A DNA stretch of 64,000 bases, taken from Octopus sinensis (lineage: Eukaryota). The translations under genes and the position numbers were made by a program. Where the stretch lies: assembly GCF_006345805.1 (NCBI RefSeq), contig NC_042997.1, forward strand, positions 91,450,001 through 91,514,000. Reading direction: 5' to 3'. This document shows positions 54,201 through 64,000 of this stretch, in pieces. How positions within the stretch are numbered: position 1 is the stretch's first letter; the number at the start of each line of letters is the position of its first letter. Below the pieces are notes generated by a model that did no database searches, had not been told where the DNA came from, and worked only from the letters and a program-made list of their open reading frames with translations.

Positions 54201-54297
54201 GTGTCTGGAAAATTGATGTTCTATGTCTATTACCTTCCTTTTACGAATGTTGCCAAACATTTTAACTGCTTGTTTTTATTAAAACCTATCATTTCAG

Positions 54298-54546
54298 GTA
54301 AGCTTTGATCCATTTTCCTTGACAAACAAATATTTATGGAAAACACTGATGGATAATTTCCAGAAAGAAGTATTGTCAATTGAACAAGAAGCTGCTGGCT
54401 TTATTGACAAATCATTCAAAAACTTACGATCAGCAGAGGGAGCTTTTGATATGTTGCTTAAATTTCAACACATTCGTTCCAGAGAATCTATTAATAAACA
54501 ACTGATGCAGAAGTTTACAGAGATCTTAGAACAGTATAAAAAAGAA
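54298..54546 (+). CDS. DNAH10: DNAH10 coding exon 8
   Basis: tttcag|GTAAGC...GAA|gtaagc; 249 nt, phase 0-0; VSFDPFS...FIDKSFKNLRSAEGAFDMLLKFQHIRSRESIN. Confidence 0.93.
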
Positions 54547-56387
54547 GTAAGCATTTTATATATTCTGGAATGGTCTATAGAAATTACAGGGCTGTAACTT
54601 TGATTAACAACTGGAATATAGCAGAAGAGAGATGTGATTTTTGTCCTATGAGAGCACTGTAGGGATTCTGAAACTTTCTCATATGATAGGAAAAATTTCA
54701 TCCTCAAGTAGACAACACAAAAGATGAGATATTTGAACTGTGGTACTTGTGGTATTTGTGGCATGACTTTACTGGTATTATCATTGATGTAGCTTTAGTG
54801 ATGTGCCATTTTCAGTGTAACATTAATAATTGGTTTGTTAGTTTGTTAACATATTTGTAGAGTAATATTATATAACTTTTGTTGTTGTAAATATTATCTG
54901 TTTCATATTTTTCTCATTTTTTCTATTTTTCATTTTCTATTTTGTTTTTGCTACTTTGCTGTTCACAGGATAAAATGTGGCAAAACATTTCTAACAGAAT
55001 AACAAGAAAACTTGCCATTGTCATACTCAATATCTGTTTATACAATTAGATAATATGAAAGGGTGCTGAAAAGTTCCTGACTTTAGGGTACTGTGAAAGG
55101 TCTGGTTGGAGGCCCAACCTTCCAAGTTAGTTTACAAGATTTAGAACAACTGAACGACTGCTGCAATAAATGTGTGAATGTGAGAGGAGAATATGTTGAA
55201 TAAAATCATAATTAACAGATTCTCCTGTATTTTCTTTTACCCAAAGCCAAGAAATTTTCAGCATAATGTACTAGTTGCTTGCATAATATTTTATTCCTGT
55301 TCCTTAGACCCCTTTCTAGTTCACCTTCTCTGTTCTTTACTATGAAGCAATTGGTTAGAGTGTCAGGCTCACAATCATGAGGTAGTAGTGAGTTTGATTT
55401 TTAGACCGGGCTGTGTGTTGTGTGGTCTTGAGCAAGACACTTTATTTCATGTTACTCCAGTTCATTCAGCTGTAGAAATGAGTTGCAATGTCACTGGTGC
55501 CAAGCTATACTGGTCTTTGCCTTTCCTTTGGATAGCATTGATGACATGAAGAGGGGAGGCTGGTATGAATCAGTGACTGCTGGTCTTCCTTAAACAACCT
55601 TGCTCAGACTTGTGCCTCGAAGTGTAAATTTCTAGGTGCAGTCCCATAGTCATTCATGGCTGAAGTGGGGTCTTTACTCTTACTATGAAGTACACTGCCT
55701 TTATTTTTTGTACAATGAACATACTTAATATTCTTAGTATTCTAATCAATAGGATAGTAGCTGTAAAAAAATCTGCACTTCCAGAGTGGTCATGTACTTC
55801 AAAGACAAATTACCTTTGTGATAGATGCTTTAGCTACCTTGCTGTTAGACAAAAGTTGTTAAGTAGAGAAAGATATGTATTTTGTAGTTCAATTTCCTCG
55901 TCTTTAGAACTCTGTTTCTCTTCTCAGAAATCGAGTTATTATATAAGATCATAGATGGAATTGTACTTCTACTTCAAGCACATGCATATAGCCAATATAT
56001 CTATGTATCTTGCAGACTTGTGTTTGATGTTCTTCTATTTGTGTGGTGTGCTGTAACATATGACTAATTCCATTTGTTGACTCTTATAACTAATTCCATT
56101 TGTTGACTCTTATAAGCAAGAAGTAAATGTATCTTATTTGAACAAATATCACTGACAAATTATTAGTTCATGAAGTTTGGTTAGAAGTCCTGTACATTAT
56201 ACACTTTGTGTATAAATACGTAATCTCTCTGATTACATATTAATTACCATAGTAAATAAGATGGATATATAAAAAATTATATTATATAGCATGGGGAAGT
56301 AGATGAAAATATATGAAATATAAATGCAGAAATATTTAAATTTAATACAAAATCCTTTCATTATCATTTCAATGAATTTTCTTCTAG

Positions 56388-56564
56388 GTTGTATTTGTGG
56401 AAGATGAATTTATCAAAAACCGGAAAAATCCCATTCTATTCAAGATGATGCCACCATGTGCTGGCCGCATTTACTGGGAACGATCACTATTTTATAAAAT
56501 AAAACATACCATTATTTCTTTCCTTACATTTGAAGAGATGATGGGAACTGAAACTGGTAAGAAG
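56388..56564 (+). CDS. DNAH10: DNAH10 coding exon 9
   Basis: ttctag|GTT...AAG|gtaagt; 177 nt; NPILFKMMPPCAGRIYWERSLFYKIKHTI (dynein PP.AG.I.W motif). Confidence 0.93.
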
Positions 56565-58043
56565 GTAAGTGGTATCAAACATATTTCATCTAATTAATTT
56601 TAGAGACACAATTATTTTAATATTTACAGCTTCTTTTACCAATTTTATCATCTGTTAATTGTTGATGCTGCTGATTATCTGAGTTCTAAGTGTTTTTTCT
56701 TCTATTTTTATTACTATTCATAATGGTTTGGTTGTTGACAGCCTTGGTGGAACTTTAACATTTAGTGAATCAACTTTATTTTTTCCCTTGTTGAATCTGA
56801 AGTAAAACCATTAGCAATGATTTTTGCAGGCTTCCAAAACAAGTGAGCTTGATACTGATAATGTTTTATTTAAACTGTTGCAAGTTAATACCTATAGGAA
56901 AGACGTGAGGAAAGAGAATATTCCAGATAGGCAATGTTCTGGGGTGGGGGAGTATGAATGAGTATAATGGTAAAGGTGGGGCTGAGGGGTGTGAATGATT
57001 AACAAGAGACTGAAAGACCAATGGGTCAAGTTAGCTTGAGTGGTGGGAGTGTGACATCAATCCAAGAAACAGGCCCTTGTTGTAGCAATAGAGAAGAGAA
57101 AAAGAGGAGACAGTACACCAGTGGGACAGATGCTGGAGCATGTTCGTTAGTGATTGGATATCATTTAGTTAAGCAGCCATTCTCTGGATGTGGTCCAGAA
57201 TGCTCTGCATGCATAGCTACTGCATTGTCCCAAATGTGGGAGCAGTAGTACTTCATTGTGGGCCTCATCTAAGTCTTGAGGAGTGTTGGCAGCTTTTGAG
57301 TAGAGGGTCTGGAGAAATTACAAACAACTTCTTGAGTAACCTCAATGACGTTTCATGAGGTTACTCAAGAACTTATTTGTATTGAACTGTTTCTTCGAAT
57401 GTGTTTGTTCTTCAGGTTTGGTTACCCATACCTATACATATATCAATAGATGTATGTAGATATATCAATAATTGGCCCCTGGAATATCTCTGAATACAAT
57501 TCAAAGACCAGTATTAACAAATGTTGATATGGTATTCAGTGTTACTGTAAATATAAATCTCTAATCTTTTCCAAAATTTTATGATCTAACTAATGGGGTA
57601 AAAACCATTTATTTGCTTAATACAGAAGGAAACTGTGATTTAACCAGGTTTTTTTAAAATCCAAACTCTACTGACTGAATGAAACCTTTTTGAGATTAAA
57701 CATATTTCATAGATCTCAGTTGTCATTCTGAACTTGAATTCCATGTAATCCTTTTAAATACTTGTTGTTAGGTAGTCAAAAACTGCAAAGGCATTTTGGG
57801 TTGAAATCCTCACCAGAACTCCTTCTGAAACTGAATCCAATGTAAATTACATTTATAATTCATTCAAAAAGGGTTTCACAATGAACTGTTTAAGTGAAGT
57901 AGTATGTTATTCAATTTTCAAACTACTGATGATGATGATGTCTATCTGTGTCACTTTCTTCATGTGCATCTCTTGTTCTATCTTTCTTTCTCTCTCACTT
58001 TCACCCCCCCTATCTCTAAAGGGACATAGAGAGAGAGAGAGAC

Positions 58044-58079
<36 letters not shown>

Positions 58080-58440
58080 GGAGAAAGAAAAAGAGAGAGT
58101 AAGAAAGTAAAAAGGTTTAGTAGAGACTGAAAGAGGGGAAAGAAAAAAGCAGTTTGATTTTATACACATCTACTACTGCTGTCATCATGTCATTGCTTGC
58201 CCCATTTCCCTGCATTCCTTATTTCCAGAAAAAAAAAGTAAAAGAAAAATTGCTAATTTATCTCTTTCTCATCTTATTTCATAGAGAGTAGAAGGAGGTT
58301 TGAAGGAGATTTGACTGCTACTTCTCAAAAGGAATATCATCCATACTTACCTGTGAGAAGTCAAATAATAATAAGATATACAGTTATTGTGGGTGTTTGT
58401 TCTATAGTTTCTGAATATAACACAGGCCAACAACTCCACA

Positions 58441-58474
<34 letters not shown>

Positions 58475-58889
58475 CGTGCGTGTTTTTAGATATTCAGATA
58501 TAAGGATTCTTGAGAAAGTATTTGAGTAAATTTTCACTCTTTACTGAATATCCTATTTGTGTACATACAAACTTTATTGTAGATTAAATGAAGCTTTTTG
58601 GATTTGTGATATTTAGTTTCCATTTTAGTCATGCTAAGAAAATTGTTGGGAGAGATTTAGCTGCTAACTATTTCTTTATTTTATATTACAGTATGTGTAC
58701 AAATAGCATCACAATAATTTGCCTGATAAATTTCATTGCAAAGTAAATTCATCATTTCGGCAAATGCATTATTGATACATTATTGATACATATTATTGAT
58801 GCATTATTGATACATATATCCTCAAGATTGTTATCTGCAGAATAAAAGCAACACTTAACGTTATTTAAAATTGTTATTCAGGCATAACA

Positions 58890-59295
58890 GGCATAGGAGT
58901 GGCTGTGTAGTAAGTATCTTGCTTACCAACCACTTGGTTCTGGGTTCAATCCCACTGCATGGCACATTGGGCAAGTGTTTTCTACTATGGCCTCGGGCTG
59001 ACAAAAGCCTTGTGAGTGGATTTGGTAGACGGAAACTGAAAGAAGCCCGTTGTATATATATATATATGTGTGTGTGTGTGTTTGTATGTTTGTGTGTCTG
59101 TGTTTGTCCCCACCCCCCAACATCGCTTGACAACCGATGCTGGTGTTTTTACGTCCCCGTAAATTAGCAGTTCAGCAAAAGAAACTGATAGAATAAGTAC
59201 TAGGCTTACAAAGAATAAGTCCTGGGGTCAATTTGCTTGACTAAAGATAGTGCTCCAGCATGGCCACAGTCAAATGACCGAAACAAGTAAAAGAG
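58890..59295 (+). mobile_element. tRNA-headed CORE-like SINE (partial copies ~1160-1320, 26630-26790, 31045-31200, 43215-43330, 62970-63120)
   Basis: TGGCTGTGTAGTAAG (A box) ... GGGTTCAATCCC (B box), then TTGGGCAAGTGTTTTCT and an internal (TG)n. Confidence 0.8.
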
Positions 59296-61397
59296 GAAAG
59301 GGGAAAGAGAGTAAACATGAAATTCAAAGAAATTATATTAAAAAAATTTGTTTGATTCAGAAATGTTTATAAATCTTGGAAAAGGAATAATCAAGAAATG
59401 GAATAACAATCAAACAGCATAATGCTTCTGCAGAAATTCTACACTCCAAAAAGAAAGACCATATATGCCAATGTATAAGACATGCTTTTTCTTTTACTTT
59501 ATAAATGATCATCATCATCATCTTTCAGTATCTGTTTTCCATACTGGCATGGGTTAGATGGTTTGACTGGAACTGGTAAGACAAAGAGCTGCACCAGGTT
59601 CCAGTCAGTTTTGGCTTGGCTTCTACAGCTGAATGTCCTTCCTAATGCCAACTGTATGTGTCACTGGCATGGATGCCTTTTACATGTCATTGGCATCAGT
59701 GCTGTTCATGTGTCACTGGCACTGACCATGATGACAATTTCATTTAACTTGATATGTCTTCTCAAGCATAGCAAACTGCCAAAAATCTCAGTCACTTGTC
59801 ATTGTCTCCATGAGATTCAACATCCGAAGATCATAAGTGTAACAAAAATTTGCCATGTGTCTAATGTGATTGTATTACGGATGCAATACAAAGGATATAA
59901 GTGTATGATAAAACTCTAAATTTGTTTTTTACCACAAAACATAACATTTTTTTCCACAAAATAGTAGGGGCTTGGTTTATGCAAGAGTGCATCTTATATA
60001 CACTAGCAAATATAGTTTAAAGGCAACGTAAAAAGAATTCAATGCATCATTAATGAATATAAAATATCTTGAATTTTTACTATTACTTGCTGGGTTGCAG
60101 GGAAGAACAGTGCTCAAGATCTTTGCAAACCCTTTCTAAGCTGTGAAATTGGTGTCATTAACATTTTTCTTGAACTACTACATTTTACTCTTTATGCTAG
60201 GTTTAAGAGCAATATTCTATGGTGGGTTTCATTTGAGTTTTATTGAGAGACAAAGTATTTTCTGGTCCCGAAAAGAAGGGCCAGTCATTGGGATACAGAT
60301 CTAGCTATGTTTTTTTCAGAAAAGCTCTTGTACTTTTCAAGGACGGCTCATGCTGCTCATGATCAAGGGTGAGGGGTAGGGAAGATGTATTGCAATGATG
60401 TTTTCTTGATAAGAGTAGCTCGTGTTTTCTTGCTGTTGAAAGAGACAAAATAGCATATTCCCACTACAGGATGCTTTTGAGGTTTCTGTTCATGGTATAT
60501 GGTGGCTAGGCAGATAAAACATGGTTTATAGAGAAGAATGAAAGATAGTATCATCTCTGTAAGAATGGGTGTTGCTGGAAGTGAGGATAAGTAAGTCATT
60601 GGTGTATAGAAATAAGAGAATGAGGAACAAAACCAAACTCTAAAATTGACAGAATGCGGAATAGAAAGAAGTTTATTAACGCATGCACACACACTTGCTC
60701 ACATACATATGAGGAGATGCTCAAAAGTTCTTGGTTTTGAGTAAAAGAAAATACAGGAGGATCAGTTAATTATGATCTTATTCAATGTATTATCCTTTCA
60801 GATTTACACACTTACTACAACAGTCTTTCAGTTTTTCTAAGCCCTGTAAAAGAACTCAGAAGGTTGGGCCATTTGCAATACCCTTAAAGCCAGGAACTTT
60901 TCAGCACCTCCTTGTATTTGCATGCAGAGCCAATTACATGCTAAAATATGAATAGTCACAAATATTTTTGCAAGTATGTATGCAGCATTCTGACAAGAAT
61001 ACTGTTTATTATATATTTATATACATTTGTCTTGAGAAGACCTGTCAAGCCAAGTGAAATCATAATCATGGCTGGTAGCATGTAAAAAGCATCCTTCGGA
61101 TGTCGAGTCTCACAGAGGTGATAAGTGACTGAGACCTTTGGAAAAACACTGTGCTTGAAAAGACTTGTCAAACCAAGTGAAATTGTATTTGTGTCACGTA
61201 AAAAGCACCCATTACACTCTGGGAGTGGTTGGTGTCAGGAGGGGCATCCAGCCATAGAAACCATGTCAAATTAGATTGGAACCTGGTGCAATTCTCCAGC
61301 TAACCAGTTTCAGTCAAACTATCTAACCCATGCCAGCATGGAAAGCAGACACTAAATGATGATGATGTTTGTCTATTCGTCTTCTGTTCAAATCAAG

Positions 61398-61590
61398 GCT
61401 CGGGAGAAATACCTTAATGTTGGTCGTCTCATGAAATGCTATGAAGTCAACATTTACAACTCATGGAGGTTTGATGTTGAAAATAAGCTGCCCAACTTAC
61501 TAAAACGAAATCTGCTGACCAGGGTATCTGTGAATGATAGCCATCAAGACGGCTCTACATCAGTGGATCAATGTTCATCAACAACAGGAA
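61398..61590 (+). CDS. DNAH10: DNAH10 coding exon 10
   Basis: atcaag|GCT...GGAA|gtaagt; phase 0-1; AREKYLNVGRLMKCYE...W...LPNLLKRNLL. Confidence 0.85.
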
Positions 61591-63232
61591 GTAAGTAATC
61601 TTTTTTTTGTTTGTTTTGATTTGATATCAACAATTGCAAACCACTAAATTCACCAAAGGCAGCTATTTGGCTGAATGATTTATAACACTTTGATTCTCAT
61701 TTCTAGTTGTGAGGTATAAATATTGTTCTATTTCTTGATTAAAAATTAGTGGTTATTAATGGCTTCTTTATTTAATCATTAAATAAAGATTTGAGAATCT
61801 GGTACTTTAAACCAAAGAGAAAATCTTTACTAACATCCTTCAGTCCCATGACATTCAGAAACATTTTTTCATGATAAGAGTTGTTGAAGTATGGAACAGA
61901 CTGCTGGCATCAGTTGTTAGTTGTCGGAGCACTGCATCCTTCAAAACTTTCATGCTTCCTGGGATTCGCCAACATTACACCTGATTTTCTCCCCTCCATA
62001 CACACGCAAGCATGTATCTGACTCATACACTGTTCACTTTCCAGACATTCGTACATTACCGCATATGCTTTATACGCACTTTCGACAAGTTGTGGTGCAC
62101 CTGAGCATTGTATACAATAATTTCATTATTATTATATAGTCTATTAGAATGAACTTCTCTAATTTTAACAATTACTACAACTGACTGTTGTTTTGAATTT
62201 CCTATTCCCAAATTGATATATCTGTTCTGATATAGCATTTTTCATTGGATCTCCATCATACACTATGCTTAGTCCTTCAATCAAACTCTGTATTAGTTTC
62301 AAATTTTGGCACAAGGCCTGCAACTTCAGGGGAGGGGGTAAGTCAATTACATTGACCCCAGTACTCAAATGTTACTTATTTTGTCAACCCCAAAAGGATG
62401 AAAGGTAAATTTGACTTCAGTAGAATTTGAACCCAGGATGTAAAGACAGATGAAATGCTGCTAAGCATTTTGCCTGGCATGCTTACAATTCTGCCAGCTC
62501 GTTGTCTTGCGGTGACCTCGATAGGAATTGAACTAAAAATGCAAAGTTGTGAAATTAAATGCTGAAATACATTTTAGCCAACATGCTAAGGATTCTGTCA
62601 ACTCTCTGGTACAATCAAACCCTATATTAACCGTACTAATATCCCCAGCTTGCTCCCTTTTTCTCTGTAAGATGTGCTAAGTCATATCATTCTCTTCAGA
62701 AATAGCAATGAATTAAATGTGTTCAAGCACTCTTAGAAGCTTATGAGGGTTGGTAATTAATGTAAGTTTCTTCTATTTGGTAGATTAAAGATAAGTCCCT
62801 TGCTGTTTATTGCATGCACCATTGTAAAAGATATGGTACAACTTCTCACAATTTGGTGATCCGTGACATCTAGAATTGAGTGTAGTACCCAGGGACACAA
62901 TGAAATGCATTCAGTACATTTAACTAAAGCTTATGTATTAATTGTTATTTGTAAACAATAGCAAGTAATAGGATTCCACACAGTTTCCATCTATGAAATT
63001 AACTTACAAGGCATGGGCTTATAGTAGAAGATATTAGTCCAAAGTGTTGCACAGGGGAACTGAACCTGAAACCACATAGTTGCAAAGTGAGCTTCTTAAC
63101 CACACAACCATGCCTGCACCTATCACATAGCCAAATATTTTAAAGCTGATGAAATTTCCAAATTAAACTATATCAAGATTTGTTTCATTTTGTATTTCTT
63201 TTCTTACGTAGTATTCTCCTTTATTTCTTCAG

Positions 63233-63363
63233 TTAATTCAGTAAATGATTTTAAATTTATTGTGGATTTTGACTCAATGCTACTTGAAATTATCTCTGAA
63301 ACTAAATACATGGAGCAGCTTGGGTTTCCTGTCCCTGAATTGGCTCGGAATGTTGCATTGCAG
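63233..63363 (+). CDS. DNAH10: DNAH10 coding exon 11 (acceptor ambiguous: 63212, 63233 or 63242); gene continues past the window
   Basis: FIVDFDSMLLEIISETKYMEQLGFPVPELARNVALQ|gtaaaa; three in-frame phase-1 AG acceptors. Confidence 0.88.
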
Positions 63364-64000
63364 GTAAAATATTTTGGATCTAACTTTGTTGGTAAATGAT
63401 GGAAACAGTGTCTAGATATTTGATAGGTACCTCAATATAGTACAACTTTTATATAATGATCTGACAGACACTGACTAATGTTGACTAGATTCATCATTTA
63501 ACATCTGCTTTCCATGCTGGTATGGGTTGGACGGTTTGACATAGAGCTGCTCAGACTCCAGCTGTCTGTTGAGGTATGGTTTCTATGGTTGGATGACCTT
63601 CCTAATGCCAACCATGTAACAGAATGTGCTGCGTGCCTTTTATGTGCCACTGGCATGGGTGCGTTTATGCAGCACCAGTACTGGTGCATTAGTGCAGCAC
63701 TGACATGGGTGCTTTTTAAATGGCACTGGCACCTGTATGTGTGGAAGACATCGATTTTGATTGGCCTAATGTATCTTATCAGGTACAGCAAATTGCCACA
63801 TCTCCCAGTTCCTTGTCATTTCCTCAGTGACACTCAGCATCCAAAGATCCTTTCTCACCACTTTTTCCCATGTCTTCCTGGGTTTACCCCTCACACAATT
63901 AGAGCATGGCACTTCATTATGCAGGTGATTTGGAATAGATAGACAAAATGTTAAATCTTGATTAGATAGTTACTAAATATTGGTTAATTAGATATTAATT

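Noticed and set aside
54187-54211. Hairpin TTTCCAGAC-N7-GTCTGGAAA upstream of exon 8
   Set aside because: A 9-bp stem can arise by chance in 64 kb; no supporting context.

Overview
AT-rich, microsatellite- and transposon-dense animal genomic DNA. The repeat families resemble those I recall from octopus/coleoid cephalopods, but this is an inference. Two spliced genes lie head-to-head with start codons about 1.25 kb apart. On the minus strand is a complete two-exon ASPHD1/2-like 2-oxoglutarate oxygenase (28556..27836 + 9185..8959, 315 aa, one 18.65-kb coding intron). On the plus strand are the first 11 coding exons of axonemal dynein heavy chain DNAH10 (29810..63363, continuing beyond the window); all splice phases were checked by hand. 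The shared promoter is CpG-richer than the gene bodies and carries an RFX X-box. The introns contain CR1-type, RTE and R4/Dong LINE pieces, several SINE families, Tc1/mariner and piggyBac-type MITEs, Helitrons, a Gypsy remnant and Penelope-like pieces. Most short ORFs in the track are microsatellite or repeat artefacts. The most interesting observations are: a minimal hammerhead ribozyme with a compensatory U3-A8 core, sense in the ASPHD intron; a PHD finger inserted inside an RTE reverse transcriptase; His-to-Arg loss of the first Fe ligand in the ASPHD protein; an AG|GTAAG recursive-splice-like site at a frame-symmetric DNAH10 exon; and many long inverted repeats able to form intronic dsRNA. 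I see no clear evidence for a wholly new multi-gene system.
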